A stretch of DNA of 64,000 nt from Desulfatiglandales bacterium (GTDB taxonomy: Bacteria; Desulfobacterota; DSM-4660; Desulfatiglandales; HGW-15): contig CAXXJJ010000001.1 in NCBI GenBank assembly GCA_963667015.2, forward strand, positions 2,080,001-2,144,000, read 5' to 3'. Positions 20,203 to 32,772 of the stretch are shown in pieces. The notes under the pieces are model-generated. The model did not search any database and was not told the origin of the DNA. It was given only the letters and a program-made list of their open reading frames with translations. Position numbers and translations under genes: made by a program. Within the stretch, counting starts at the first letter, position 1, and every line of letters starts with the position of its first letter.

Positions 20203-20744
20203 GCGACTCAAGAATTTCCAAAAGATACGCCGGAGCGCTTTTTAGCATCGGGCAAGAAGATGGTTCCTTTGCCACCTACGGGAAGGAACTGGAAGAATTT
20301 AAGGATTTCTTTATAAAGAATACTGATTTTGGGAACGCTATTTCAAATCCCATATACAAACTTGAAGAAAGAAAAAGTGTTCTGACGTTTGTGCTGGGAA
20401 AAAGCAACTTTTCCAATCTGGTAAAGAATTTTCTAAATCTCCTGCTGGACAAGAACAGGATCGATTCCATAGAGGCTATTGCTGATAAGTATGCCATGTT
20501 GACTGATGAAGCTTCTAATATTGCCCATGCTGAGATTATTACTGCCAGACCTTTACAGGATGAAACCCTGCAAAAAGTAGTGGATTCACTGAAGGAAATG
20601 ACATCGAAAAACATCAAGTCAGAGGTGAAGGAAGATCCCGAATTGATAGGCGGTATAGTAGTAAAAATAGGGGATCTTGTTCTGGATGGTAGCGTAAAGG
20701 CCCAGCTTGAAGGGCTAAAAGAATCTTTTAGAAGGGGTGAATAG
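20199..20744 (+). CDS. atpH: ATP synthase F1 subunit delta
   Basis: [28 protein letters not shown]...GDLVLDGS. Confidence 0.96.
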   Translation: MSDSRISKRYAGALFSIGQEDGSFATYGKELEEFKDFFIKNTDFGNAISNPIYKLEERKSVLTFVLGKSNFSNLVKNFLNLLLDKNRIDSIEAIADKYAMLTDEASNIAHAEIITARPLQDETLQKVVDSLKEMTSKNIKSEVKEDPELIGGIVVKIGDLVLDGSVKAQLEGLKESFRRGE

Positions 20745-20749
20745 TACTC

Positions 20750-22264
20750 ATGGAGATAAGAGCTGAAGAAATTAGTCAGGTTATTAGGGAACAGATTAAA
20801 GACTACGAAAAAAAGATGGAAGTCAGTGAGACTGGCGTTGTTCTCTCAGTAGGCGATGGTGTTGCGCGCGTACACGGAGTTGAAAAGGCCATGGCAATGG
20901 AGATGCTTGAATTCCCCGGTGGAATATTCGGCCTTTGCCTTAACCTTGAAGAGGATAATGTCGGTGTTGCTATCATGGGAGAGGACTACAAAATCAAGGA
21001 AGGGGACATGGTAAAGCGTACAGGAAGGATTGCTGAAATTCCTGTTGGTGACGCTGTTCTTGGAAGGGTTATCGATGCAGTTGGAAATCCCCTTGACGGT
21101 AAAGGTCCGATAAACTCTGAAGAGTTTAGAAGACTTGAGATGGTAGCCCCTGGTGTTATCGCACGTAAACCTGTTACAGAGCCCATGTATACCGGTATAA
21201 AGGCTATTGATGCCATGACCCCGGTTGGAAGAGGCCAGCGTGAATTGATCATTGGCGACAGGCAGATCGGTAAAACAGCTATTGCTGTTGACGCCATCCT
21301 TAACCAGAAAGACACTGATATATATTGTATTTACGTTGCTGTTGGTCAGAAAAAATCGACCGTTGCCCAGGTTGTTGATATTCTCCAGAGAGAAGGTGCC
21401 ATGGAATACACAACCGTAGTTGCGGCATGCGCAAGCGACCCCGCAACACAGCAGTATATGGCCCCATACGCAGGTTGTTCGATAGGTGAGTATTACAGAG
21501 ATAATGGAAAGCATGCCCTGATCATTTATGATGACCTTTCAAAGCAGGCTACCGCATACAGGCAGATTTCACTTCTTCTCAGAAGGCCGCCGGGACGTGA
21601 GGCTTTCCCCGGAGATATTTTCTACAATCACTCAAGGCTTCTGGAAAGGGCCGCAAAGGTTAATGATGAGCTTGGTGCCGGTTCACTGACTGCTCTTCCG
21701 ATTATTGAAACACAGGCAGGTGATGTTTCTGCATATATTCCCACAAACGTTATCTCGATTACTGACGGTCAGGTGTATCTTGAGCCAAACCTGTTCTTCT
21801 CAGGTGTACGTCCTGCTATCAACGTAGGTCTCTCTGTATCGAGGGTTGGTGGCGCTGCACAGACAAAGGCCATGAAGAAGGTTGCCGGTACACTCCGTAC
21901 AGAAATGGCACAGTTCAGGGAGCTTGAGGCATTTGCACAATTCGGAAGTGATCTTGATAAGGCGACAATGCAGCAGATAAACAGGGGCCGAAGGCTTGTT
22001 GAAGTATTGAAGCAGCCTCAATACCAGCCAATGTCTGCAGAAAAGGAAGTAATGATTCTTTTTGCCGCAGCAAACGGTTATCTCGATAAATGGCCTGAAA
22101 AAGCTGTTTCAGAGTATGAATCTCAGATGCTGGAAGAAATCTCTGCAACAAAACCTGAGTATCTCAAAGAACTCAAGGACAGCGGGCAGATAAGCGATGA
22201 TCTGAGTGGAAAACTGAAGGCATTTCTGGATGAATTCCAGACAAAATTTCAGCCTTCAGTTTAA
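20750..22264 (+). CDS. atpA: ATP synthase F1 subunit alpha
   Basis: [29 protein letters not shown]. Confidence 0.99.
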   Translation: MEIRAEEISQVIREQIKDYEKKMEVSETGVVLSVGDGVARVHGVEKAMAMEMLEFPGGIFGLCLNLEEDNVGVAIMGEDYKIKEGDMVKRTGRIAEIPVGDAVLGRVIDAVGNPLDGKGPINSEEFRRLEMVAPGVIARKPVTEPMYTGIKAIDAMTPVGRGQRELIIGDRQIGKTAIAVDAILNQKDTDIYCIYVAVGQKKSTVAQVVDILQREGAMEYTTVVAACASDPATQQYMAPYAGCSIGEYYRDNGKHALIIYDDLSKQATAYRQISLLLRRPPGREAFPGDIFYNHSRLLERAAKVNDELGAGSLTALPIIETQAGDVSAYIPTNVISITDGQVYLEPNLFFSGVRPAINVGLSVSRVGGAAQTKAMKKVAGTLRTEMAQFRELEAFAQFGSDLDKATMQQINRGRRLVEVLKQPQYQPMSAEKEVMILFAAANGYLDKWPEKAVSEYESQMLEEISATKPEYLKELKDSGQISDDLSGKLKAFLDEFQTKFQPSV

Positions 22265-22347
22265 GATATCGGGATTGTTAGTTTAGTATACAACATTAAA
22301 CGATAATAAATCTCAAACATTCAACGAAGCATACAGAGAAAATATAA

Positions 22348-23217
22348 ATGGCTGCACTAAGAGATATTGAATTAAAGATAAAAGCAATCAAAAAGATTCA
22401 ACAGATCACCAGGGCTATGAATATGGTTGCCAGTGCGAAACTGCGCAGCACTCAGAGCAAAATGGAAAAGTTTGAGCCCTATGCTGAAAAATTTGCAGAA
22501 GTCCTGGGTAACCTTGCGAGTCGAATCGATTCTGATGTTCACCCTTTAATGGTCAAACGGGAAAATATTGCCAATGTTGAGCTTTTACATTTTACCTCTG
22601 ACAGGGGTTTATGCGGAAGTTTTAATATGAACAATATCGTTTTAGGTGAAAAATGGGTGAATGAGCAGAAGGATAAACACCGGGAATACAGTTTGAATCT
22701 TGTTGGCAGAAAAGGGCGCGATTATTTCAAAAAAAGGAATTACAGTATTTCTTCGACCCATGTACAGGTTTATGGGGATGTTGATATATTTTATGTAAAT
22801 AAAATGACATCGGATTTCATCCATAAATATATGAATGGAGATTTGGATGAGTTATACATGATATATTCCAAGTTCATAAGCGTCGCAAAACAGGAACCGA
22901 CAATTGTAAAACTTTTACCCATTGAACCCCCTAAAGCGGCAGATGATGCTCAGAATTCTACTGAGTATCTCTGTGAACCGGGGGCAGAAGAACTGTTAAT
23001 TGATCTTTTACCAAAACATATAAGCGTTCAGATTCTGAATGCGTTCTTTCAGAATGAAGTAAGCGAATATGCCGCAAGAATGGCGGCAATGGATAACGCT
23101 ACTAGGAACTGTAAAGATATGGTTCAGGATCTTACACTTACATTCAACAAGGCAAGGCAGGCCGCAATTACAGCTGAATTGATGGATATTGTCGGCGGTG
23201 CCGAGGCTCTAAGATAA
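22348..23217 (+). CDS. atpG: ATP synthase F1 subunit gamma
   Basis: ITRAMNMVA, TSDRGLCG, NKARQAAITAEL. Confidence 0.98.
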   Translation: MAALRDIELKIKAIKKIQQITRAMNMVASAKLRSTQSKMEKFEPYAEKFAEVLGNLASRIDSDVHPLMVKRENIANVELLHFTSDRGLCGSFNMNNIVLGEKWVNEQKDKHREYSLNLVGRKGRDYFKKRNYSISSTHVQVYGDVDIFYVNKMTSDFIHKYMNGDLDELYMIYSKFISVAKQEPTIVKLLPIEPPKAADDAQNSTEYLCEPGAEELLIDLLPKHISVQILNAFFQNEVSEYAARMAAMDNATRNCKDMVQDLTLTFNKARQAAITAELMDIVGGAEALR

Positions 23218-23367
23218 TTTTTTGTTAATACAATGGCAGTTGGCAAAAATATTTTGTTTACTTAACCGGTATCATCATAAACTTTAATGAGGAATGAAAG
23301 CATTAAAAGCAGATAGTTCCTCTACCGGAAGGCTGACAGCACTGTTAAAAAAGGAGGTCTTGAATAA

Positions 23368-24783
<1,416 letters not shown>

Positions 24784-24800
24784 CAGGAGCATGTATTATA

Positions 24801-25211
24801 ATGGGAAAACTCAATCTTGAAGTTGTTACACCGTCCGGGATAATTGCAAATGTTGAAGCTGATATAGTTGTAGCTCCTGGGACAGAGGGAGAATTTGGGG
24901 TACTGCCAGGACACATCAACTTTTTGTCCGGTATTGTTCCAGGTGAATTGCGATATACAAACAGTGAAAAAACTGAATATATGGCAATTTCATCCGGTTT
25001 TGCCGAGGTCTCAAATGACAAAGTTTCCGTTCTGGTCGATTCTGGCGAAATAGCTCATGAAATTGATCTCGAACGGGCTCAATCTGCCATGAGCAGGGCA
25101 AAAGAAAGATTAGACAAAAAACGTGATACAGACGAAATTGATTTTGCCCGCGCGGAAGCAGCTCTCCAAAGGGCAATTTCAAGAATAAAGGTTGCTAAAA
25201 AGCTCGGTTAA
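24801..25211 (+). CDS. atpC: ATP synthase F1 subunit epsilon
   Basis: LEVVTP, GEFGVLPGH, SGFAEV. Confidence 0.97.
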   Translation: MGKLNLEVVTPSGIIANVEADIVVAPGTEGEFGVLPGHINFLSGIVPGELRYTNSEKTEYMAISSGFAEVSNDKVSVLVDSGEIAHEIDLERAQSAMSRAKERLDKKRDTDEIDFARAEAALQRAISRIKVAKKLG

Positions 25212-25239
25212 GCTGAAACAGATAAACATGTTATAAATG

Positions 25240-25266
25240 AAGGCAAGCCTCTAGCTTGCCTTTTTT
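25240..25266 (+). terminator. Rho-independent terminator of the atp operon
   Basis: AAGGCAAGC-CTCTA-GCTTGCCTT followed by a T-run. Confidence 0.85.
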
Positions 25267-25373
25267 ATTGACTTTTTTTGGGCATAAAGACTATAAGTAT
25301 TTCTTTATGAAGAAAAAATTACTTTTATAAAAGTAATATAAACATTAAGAAAACAGTGATAAACGGGGTTAAT

Positions 25374-25610
25374 ATGGAATTTACTACTGAGACAGACTAT
25401 TTTAAACTCCTTGAAGATAAAATTAGTGAATTGATAAATAAGATGCAGGCTATGAAGGATGAGAAGGAATCCTTTTTAAAAACAATTGATGACCAGAAAA
25501 GTCAGATTGATACCCTGTCAAGCGAATTGAAAGGCCTGAGAGAAAGTAAACACCAGGCAAAGGAAAGGATAACCTCAATAATTGAGAAAATAGACAAACT
25601 GGCTGTTTAA
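25374..25610 (+). CDS. ZapB-like coiled-coil cell division protein
   Basis: Short all-coiled-coil protein (FKLLEDKISELI...RITSIIEKI) directly upstream of zapA. Confidence 0.7.
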   Translation: MEFTTETDYFKLLEDKISELINKMQAMKDEKESFLKTIDDQKSQIDTLSSELKGLRESKHQAKERITSIIEKIDKLAV

Positions 25611-25627
25611 ATCCCTGGGGCAGTCTT

Positions 25628-25915
25628 TTGGACAGATCTATTAAAATAAAAATACTGGATAATGAATACCTTATTAGAAGTAAGGAAAGTGATTCAGATA
25701 ATGTTTATAAGATTGCAGAATATGTTAATGAGAAACTGAGGGAAACAGATGAGAGCAGCCGCGGAATTTCGGAAAAAAAAGCTGCTATTTTAACAGCATT
25801 GAACATAGCCAGCGATTATTTTACTCTTCTGGATGAAAGAGACAGGTTACTGAAGGAGATTAAAAATAAATCACAATCACTAATTTCAGTTATTAACAGT
25901 AAGATTAATGAGTAA
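25628..25915 (+). CDS. zapA: Cell division protein ZapA
   Basis: IKILDNEY.I, IAEYVNEK, AAILTALNIA. Confidence 0.92.
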   Translation: MDRSIKIKILDNEYLIRSKESDSDNVYKIAEYVNEKLRETDESSRGISEKKAAILTALNIASDYFTLLDERDRLLKEIKNKSQSLISVINSKINE

Positions 25916-26361
25916 ATACAATTTACTTGAACTATATAAAAATAATCAGGAAAGGCAATATTTGTAAGGCTGAAATGAAGTGTTTTAAATATAATTGTAT
26001 TATTAAAAACACCTTTTTGGATGGGTAAATTATAGTAAAAGGTCAAATGATCCTTTTGATAATATGATGATAACCGGAGATATCATAAAAAAAATTCCAA
26101 TATTTGGCTACAGGATCTGAATTAATTTAAAAAGAGATCCGGCCTGTCTCCTATACCTTTTCAGTCAGCTCAATAAAAAATCATTCCTGGTTTGTTTAAT
26201 TAATTTTATCAGTGCGGTATACGGGATTTTTATCCCGGAGGTATGACACCTGAAAGACTTGGCTAAATAAGCGTGTCAGAAAAATATGATTATGTTATTG
26301 ATGATACAGCCGATTTTAACGATGCAGGTTAAGTTCTTATACAAAAGAAAGGTGAAATAAT

Positions 26362-27939
26362 ATGACTACGATTCCAATGATTATTGGCTATATTGCATCC
26401 GCTGCAGTTGCCGGTATCATTTTAGGTATATTTGCGGGTTTTTTTAGAGGAAAACGAACAACTGAAAAAAAATACGAAGAACTGGCCGTTTATTCTAAAA
26501 AAATAATAAATGAAGCCCACAGGCAGGCTAAGACCATTAAAAAAGAGGCAATGCTCAAGGCGAAAGATACCATTTATCAACTCAAGAATGATATCGATAA
26601 AGAGGCCAAGGAAAGAAATGATCTTATCCTTGCACAGGAAAACAGACTGGTACACAAGGAAGAGAGCCTTGATAAAAAAATAAGCCAGTATGAAAACAGA
26701 GAAAATCTTCTTTTTAAGCGTGAAAAAAATATAAATAAACTTGAGGAAGACCTTAAACAGAAAAATGAGGAAGTCGATAACTTACTGGCGGAACAGCGAG
26801 TGCAGCTCGAAAAGATTGCAGGGATAACCAGTGAAGATGCTAAAAAGCTTCTTGTAATGTCAATGGAATCAGAGGCAAAGCATGATGCAGCAAAGCTTAT
26901 AAGAAAAATCGAGAACGAGGCAAGGGAAACATCGAAAAAGAAGGCACAGGAGATAATCGCCCTTGCAGTAAAAAGATATGCCGGCGATTATGTCTCTGAA
27001 AATACAGTTTCTGTTGTTGATCTGCCAAGTGAAGAGATGAAAGGACGTATCATTGGAAGGGAAGGTCGAAACATAAGGGCAATTGAGGCTGCAACCGGTA
27101 TCAACCTTATTATTGATGATACACCTGAAGCTGTTATTCTATCAGGATTTAATCCTGTAAGAAGAGAGGTTGCAAGGGTCTCACTGCAAAGATTGATAGA
27201 AGATGGCAGAATTCATCCTGCAAGGATCGAAGAAATTGTAAAAAAAGCTGAGAAAGAAATTGATGCGAGTATAAAGGAGGCTGGAGAGCAGGCCACCTTT
27301 GATGTCGGTGTCCATGGTATTGACCCTGAAATAGTCAAGCTTATCGGAAGATTGAAATACCGGTCAAGTTATGCACAGAATGTATTGCAGCACTCAAGGG
27401 AGGTTGCTTTTATATGTGGTGTAATGGCATCTGAACTTGGTGTTAATGTAAAAAAAGCGAAACGTGCCGGCTTGCTTCACGATATTGGTAAAGCGGTAGA
27501 TCATGAGATCGAGGGGCCTCATGCCGTCATCGGTGCAGACCTGGCAAAAAAATATCGCGAACCCGCAGATGTTGTTCATGCAATTCAGGCTCACCACGAA
27601 GATATTCCGCCTGATACAATGCTTGCTGTACTTGTTCAGGCCGCAGATACCCTGTCCGGAGCCAGACCTGGCGCCAGGCGTGAGATGATCGAATCATATA
27701 TAAAAAGGCTGGAAGAACTTGAAAAGATCGCAATGTCATTCACCGGAGTAAATAAATCATTTGCCATCCAGGCAGGCCGGGAAATTCGGATAATGGTAGA
27801 GGGCGATCAGGTCGATGATGATCAGTCCATTGTTTTATGTAAAGATATTGCAGGCAAAATCGAAAAGGAACTGACCTATCCCGGGCAGATCAAGGTTACC
27901 GTAATCAGGGAAACAAGGGCCGTAGAATACGCTAAATAA
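26362..27939 (+). CDS. rny: Ribonuclease Y
   Basis: N-terminal TM, coiled coil, KH motif [16 protein letters not shown] motif [14 protein letters not shown]. Confidence 0.98.
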   Translation: MTTIPMIIGYIASAAVAGIILGIFAGFFRGKRTTEKKYEELAVYSKKIINEAHRQAKTIKKEAMLKAKDTIYQLKNDIDKEAKERNDLILAQENRLVHKEESLDKKISQYENRENLLFKREKNINKLEEDLKQKNEEVDNLLAEQRVQLEKIAGITSEDAKKLLVMSMESEAKHDAAKLIRKIENEARETSKKKAQEIIALAVKRYAGDYVSENTVSVVDLPSEEMKGRIIGREGRNIRAIEAATGINLIIDDTPEAVILSGFNPVRREVARVSLQRLIEDGRIHPARIEEIVKKAEKEIDASIKEAGEQATFDVGVHGIDPEIVKLIGRLKYRSSYAQNVLQHSREVAFICGVMASELGVNVKKAKRAGLLHDIGKAVDHEIEGPHAVIGADLAKKYREPADVVHAIQAHHEDIPPDTMLAVLVQAADTLSGARPGARREMIESYIKRLEELEKIAMSFTGVNKSFAIQAGREIRIMVEGDQVDDDQSIVLCKDIAGKIEKELTYPGQIKVTVIRETRAVEYAK

Positions 27940-27989
27940 ATAGTGAAAATCATATTTAATCAACCTGCGTTTATGAAAGGTTCAATAAT

Positions 27990-28388
27990 ATGGAAATATC
28001 ATTATTTGACAAAGACGGTAATGCTGTTGCATATATAGCTGATGATTATGATAGAACCATTTATTTTTGGGAAGGGCAGCAGGCTGCCTATCTCTTTAAT
28101 GACCGGCAGATTTACGGGGCAAACGGAAAACATCTCGGCTGGTTTATTGACGGTGTCATATTTAATCCCGGCGGAGAACGGATTGGTTTTACTGCAAGCA
28201 CTTGCCCTGTACCCCCTTCAAAGGAACCCCTAAAGTTAAAGAAAAAGTATAAAAATGAACTCCAATCCAGATGGAAGGATAATCCGCTTCCAAAGCTTCA
28301 ATTCATCATTTCATCAGAAGATTTTTCTGATTTTCTTAAAAATGGTCAGGTATATAATCCTCGCCTGGCACGATTAAAAAAACAATAG
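27990..28388 (+). CDS. Conserved small beta-repeat protein (resembles the 4-fold beta-flower family)
   Basis: Four repeats LFDKDGNAVAYI / IYFWEGQQAAYL / IYGANGKHLGWF / IFNPGGERIGF and a Pro-rich tail. Confidence 0.65.
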   Translation: MEISLFDKDGNAVAYIADDYDRTIYFWEGQQAAYLFNDRQIYGANGKHLGWFIDGVIFNPGGERIGFTASTCPVPPSKEPLKLKKKYKNELQSRWKDNPLPKLQFIISSEDFSDFLKNGQVYNPRLARLKKQ

Positions 28389-28764
28389 GCTCATAAAAAT
28401 AGAGCTGTCCTGTCAAAAAAACATTTCTCTCTTTTGAAAAATAATATTTAAAAAAATCCTAATACCTGAAATCAGTCATAATAATCCTTAAAAGACATGA
28501 ATTAACTATATCTAGTGTTGTGAATTGGGTTGTGCACAATATGTGCAGAAGATACTGCATTGTGCTGATTAAATACAATAAAAGGAACAGTAATAATATG
28601 ATTATTATAGAAAAAAAGTATTGACATGACCAAATTGATCTTGTTATGTACAAGTTTATAAGAATTGTGTCATTTTAGAAAATTATAGATGTTTTAAAGG
28701 AAATAACCGGTTATTTTATTTTTATTAATTAAAAACTGATAAATTATCGGTTGTACCCTTTTTG

Positions 28765-28780
28765 TGGCCTTGAATTTGCA
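28765..28780 (+). promoter_or_regulatory. Putative sigma54 (-24/-12) promoter
   Basis: TGGCCTTGAATTTGCA has GG-N10-GC spacing and lies 48 nt upstream of ATG 28829. Confidence 0.6.
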
Positions 28781-28828
28781 TGTCTGCTCTATTATAGTCT
28801 AAAAGAAAATTAAAGGAATCCATTAGTT

Positions 28829-29188
28829 ATGGCACAAAATATCAAATCGATCTCACCTCTGTCAGAAAATTCCTGTAACCCTGTTCCGGTAGTAGATCAA
28901 TATTCCAGCGTTGAATTCTGTATAGATGAACTTGGCTATACCTACCAGTTTAAAGTCTGGGAAACAAAAACTCCGGGAATAAATATCCTGGTGAACCAGA
29001 ATTCGGTAATCTTAAAACATCTTCATGTAGGAAATACTTTTGATATCAAGTGTTATCCTTCTGATTGTTCGGGATATCCTGTGACAATGCGGACTGAGAT
29101 CAAGCATATTAAAAAAGATTGTGATAATAGGATCAGAGGGCACATTCTTGTTGGCCTAGCAGTAAATGAAATAGGCAAAAATAACTGA
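28829..29188 (+). CDS. Hypothetical protein, degenerate PilZ-like beta-barrel
   Basis: SVEF...YQFKVW...G..ILV...TEIKHI...GHILVGL pattern. No RxxxR or DxSxxG motif. Confidence 0.5.
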   Translation: MAQNIKSISPLSENSCNPVPVVDQYSSVEFCIDELGYTYQFKVWETKTPGINILVNQNSVILKHLHVGNTFDIKCYPSDCSGYPVTMRTEIKHIKKDCDNRIRGHILVGLAVNEIGKNN

Positions 29189-29379
29189 GAAAAATATTTT
29201 AATAATTGATCTTCTAACAGGTTATTAATCTTATCCTTTTTTTATTTCTTATCTATATTTCTACATTTTTTATATCAAATCAGTTACAATGATTGCCACA
29301 TTGTATCTCTTATTGCAGTTATTTCATTCAAGAAGATGTAGAGTCCATTTTTCAGGCAAACGAAACAGGAGAGAACATT

Positions 29380-29889
29380 ATGCCAAAGATAGATAAGATA
29401 TTGTATGCCACTGATCTTTCGAAAAATTCCGCTCATGCATTTCAATTCGCTACAGATATTGCTGATAAGCATGATGCATTAATTTACGTCCTCAATATCA
29501 TTGAAGAACTACCGGAAAGTGCCAGATCCGTTCTGAAGAACTACCTTTCTGATGACCAGTATCAAAAGTTTATTAATAGGAAGGGCGACCTGGTGAACAC
29601 TATCAGGGAGAGGCTCACAACATTCTGTGATAATGTTCAAAAGGGTGATCCTCAATGTGTCTTTCGTGTTGCCTCCATAGATGTCATAGAAGGTCATCCT
29701 GCCAATGATATATTGAGATACGCTGAGTCTAATGCCTGCGATATGATAGTAATGGGAACTCACGGTAAAGATATTTTAAGTCATGCCCTTCTGGGAAGTG
29801 TAGCTGAGAAGGTTTTAAGAAAATCAAGGATTCCTGTTGTGGTTGTGCCCATACCTGATGATGAATCGGAAATTACCTTTGAGATATAG
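29380..29889 (+). CDS. Universal stress protein (UspA family)
   Basis: KILYATDLS, DMIVMGTHG...LLGSVAEKVLR. ATG 29380 follows an AGGAG SD. Confidence 0.93.
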   Translation: MPKIDKILYATDLSKNSAHAFQFATDIADKHDALIYVLNIIEELPESARSVLKNYLSDDQYQKFINRKGDLVNTIRERLTTFCDNVQKGDPQCVFRVASIDVIEGHPANDILRYAESNACDMIVMGTHGKDILSHALLGSVAEKVLRKSRIPVVVVPIPDDESEITFEI

Positions 29890-29959
29890 TAAAAAATAAC
29901 TGATTGCCTTTTATTCTCAAACCGGCCTATATTACCCCATCCCACTAAGAGGTTATTTA

Positions 29960-32644
29960 ATGTCACAGGAAAACAGAACAATCTATCTGGTTGATGGTAA
30001 CTCATACATATACAGGGCTTATCACGCAATAGGGTATCTTTCGAACAGTAAGGGGCTAAGGACAAACGCTATATTCGGATTTACAAAAATGCTTCTTAAA
30101 CTCTTTGATGATAAAAAACCTGCGTATGCGGCGGTTGCTCTCGACTCAAAAGGGCCTACTTTCAGGCATGAAATTTACGACCAGTACAAAGCAACACGGC
30201 CACCGATGCCCGACGACCTTGTGGAGCAGCTTCCCTATATTAAGTCAATTATAGAACTGCTTGGAGTAAAAAAGATAGAGATACCCGGCTATGAGGCCGA
30301 TGATATTATTGGTACACTTGCAAAAAAGGGGGAGGAAGAGGGTTTTAATGTTGTCGTAGTAACTGGAGACAAAGATTTCAGGCAGATCATTTCCAGTAAA
30401 ACATCCCTGTGGGATACGATGAAGGACAGGGTAACCGATCTGGATGTCCTGCACAGTGAGTACGGGCTTGAGCCGGAGCAGATTATTGATCTCATGGGTC
30501 TTTCCGGTGACACATCCGATAATATCCCCGGGGTAAGGGGTGTTGGTGAAAAGACTGCCCTTACTCTGATAAAAGACTTCGGTACTCTTGAGAATGTGTA
30601 TGAACATATTGATGAAATAACAAAAAAGAAGCTAAAGGAAAATCTTGAAAATTCCCATGAAAATGCCCTCCTGAGTAAAACACTCGTAACCATAGATTGT
30701 AAAGTCCCCATTGATTGTGACACCCCTGACCTTAAAGTGAATGATCCAGAATCAAAAGATCTGTCAGACCTGTTTCGTGAGCTGGAGTTTAAGGGATTGT
30801 GGGAACAGTTTGCCTTAAGGAAAACCGAGGTCAAAAAAGATTATACGCTCTGCATGTCAGAGGAGGATCTCCTCGCTTTAGTAAGGATTATAGAAAAAAA
30901 GAAACTCGTATCCGTTGACACGGAAACAACCAGTACTGATCCCCATGAGGCCGAACTGGTTGGCATCTCTTTTTCACTTGAACCTGACAGGGGTTATTAT
31001 CTGCCGGTTGGGCATATGTATCTTGGTGCTCCTAAACAGGTGGAAAAGAACAGGGCACTTGAAATACTCAGAGGTGTTTTTGAGGACGAGAATATTCTCA
31101 AGGTCGGTCAGAATATCAAGTATGATGCGATCATCTTCAGGAATAACGGCATCAATCTTAAAGGGATATATTTTGACACAATGGTTGCGTCCTATGTTAT
31201 AAACCCCGGCTTGAGGCAGCATAACCTTGATTATCTTGCCCAGCATTATCTTAACCACAAGATGATCTCCTATCATGATGTTGCAGGCAAAGGAAAGGCC
31301 GAGATAAATTTTTCAGGAGTCACGGTTGAAAATGCAATGGAATACTCCTGTGAAGATGCGGATGTCACCCTCAAACTCAAGTCTATACTTGAAAAGCAGC
31401 TGACAGAGGATAAGAATCAGGATCTATTTCATAATCTTGAAATGAAGCTTCTCCCGGTTCTCATGGATATGGAGCTTTCAGGTATCAAGATTGATGTGCC
31501 TTTTTTTCGTGAGATGTCAGGTTCCTTTACAAAACGGATCAGGGAACTTGAAAAACAGATTTTTGAGGAGGCAGGCACTGATTTTAATTTGAACTCGCCT
31601 CAGCAGCTCGGATATATCCTATTTGAAAAACTGGAGCTGCCGGTGCAGAAGAAAACAGCTAAAACAAAATCATTTTCAACCGATGTCAAGGTGTTAACCA
31701 GCCTTGCGAGGGAAGGGTATAAAATATCCGAACTTATCCTTCAGTACAGGACTCTCGCAAAACTTAAATCAACTTACCTTGATGCCCTTGTAAAAATCGT
31801 AAATCCCCGGACAGGAAGAATACATTCATCATTCAATCAGGCGGTTGCTGCTACAGGGCGGTTAAGCAGCAGCAACCCCAACCTGCAGAATATCCCCATA
31901 AGGAGTGAAGAGGGAAGAGAAATCAGGAAGGGTTTTATTGCAGAAGAAGGTTATTACCTGTTCTCGGCTGATTACAGCCAGGTTGAACTTAGACTCTTTG
32001 CCCATTATTCAGGCGATGACGCCCTTATAGAGGCCTTTCAAAAGGGCCAGGATATTCATTCACGCACTGCATCTGAAATACTTGGTGTTGCAATAGATGA
32101 TGTTACCGGAGACATGAGGCGAATAGCCAAGGCAATAAATTTCGGTATCATATATGGCATGGGCGCTAAAAAACTGGCAGATGAACTGAACATAGATAAC
32201 AAAACCGCCAAGGAATATATAGAATCATATTATGACCGCTACAAAGGCGTTGTAAGGTACAGGGAAGCTATGGCCGGGCAGGCCAGGGAGCAGGGGTATG
32301 TTACAACACTTTTTAACCGCAGGAGGTATCTTCCTGAAATTAATAGCGACAATAACAGGATTAAGGCAGATGCAGAGCGTATTGCTATTAATACTCCCAT
32401 ACAGGGAACGGCTGCTGATCTGATTAAAATGGCAATGATCAACATTTATTCAAAGCTGAAAAACGGAGGATACAAAACCCGTATGCTGATACAGGTTCAT
32501 GATGAGCTTGTTTTTGAGGTGCCTGAAGATGAAATAGATATAATGCAGGAGCTTCTTAAGAAAGAAATGGAGGACGTCCATAAACTCAACGTCCCCCTTA
32601 AGGTCGAGTCCGGTTATGGTAAAAACTGGGATGAGGCCCATTGA
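29960..32644 (+). CDS. polA: DNA polymerase I
   Basis: 5'-3' exonuclease (LVDG..YIYRAYHA, EADD), 3'-5' exonuclease (DTET), polymerase motifs DYSQVELR, KAINFGIIYG, QVHDE. Confidence 0.99.
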   Translation: MSQENRTIYLVDGNSYIYRAYHAIGYLSNSKGLRTNAIFGFTKMLLKLFDDKKPAYAAVALDSKGPTFRHEIYDQYKATRPPMPDDLVEQLPYIKSIIELLGVKKIEIPGYEADDIIGTLAKKGEEEGFNVVVVTGDKDFRQIISSKTSLWDTMKDRVTDLDVLHSEYGLEPEQIIDLMGLSGDTSDNIPGVRGVGEKTALTLIKDFGTLENVYEHIDEITKKKLKENLENSHENALLSKTLVTIDCKVPIDCDTPDLKVNDPESKDLSDLFRELEFKGLWEQFALRKTEVKKDYTLCMSEEDLLALVRIIEKKKLVSVDTETTSTDPHEAELVGISFSLEPDRGYYLPVGHMYLGAPKQVEKNRALEILRGVFEDENILKVGQNIKYDAIIFRNNGINLKGIYFDTMVASYVINPGLRQHNLDYLAQHYLNHKMISYHDVAGKGKAEINFSGVTVENAMEYSCEDADVTLKLKSILEKQLTEDKNQDLFHNLEMKLLPVLMDMELSGIKIDVPFFREMSGSFTKRIRELEKQIFEEAGTDFNLNSPQQLGYILFEKLELPVQKKTAKTKSFSTDVKVLTSLAREGYKISELILQYRTLAKLKSTYLDALVKIVNPRTGRIHSSFNQAVAATGRLSSSNPNLQNIPIRSEEGREIRKGFIAEEGYYLFSADYSQVELRLFAHYSGDDALIEAFQKGQDIHSRTASEILGVAIDDVTGDMRRIAKAINFGIIYGMGAKKLADELNIDNKTAKEYIESYYDRYKGVVRYREAMAGQAREQGYVTTLFNRRRYLPEINSDNNRIKADAERIAINTPIQGTAADLIKMAMINIYSKLKNGGYKTRMLIQVHDELVFEVPEDEIDIMQELLKKEMEDVHKLNVPLKVESGYGKNWDEAH

Positions 32645-32772
32645 TCATGTTTTTATAGAGGCTTTAGGTTGGTAGAAAATATCTGAAAACAGGTTGAAGC
32701 ATTTTAGTCTGAAGGCTGATAGGGCGTTCGTTGCATTATGTAGGAAAAGCAACTGTTTCAGGTCTTTACTTT

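Noticed and set aside
28518..28539. TTGTGAA...TGCACAA as a Rex operator
   Set aside because: Half-site spacing is 8 bp rather than the 4 bp of the canonical Rex box.
29293..29379. N-terminal extensions in ORF-track calls for usp (also araB, araA, tannase, zapB-like)
   Set aside because: Downstream ATGs with better SD sequences and family-typical N-termini are the more plausible starts.
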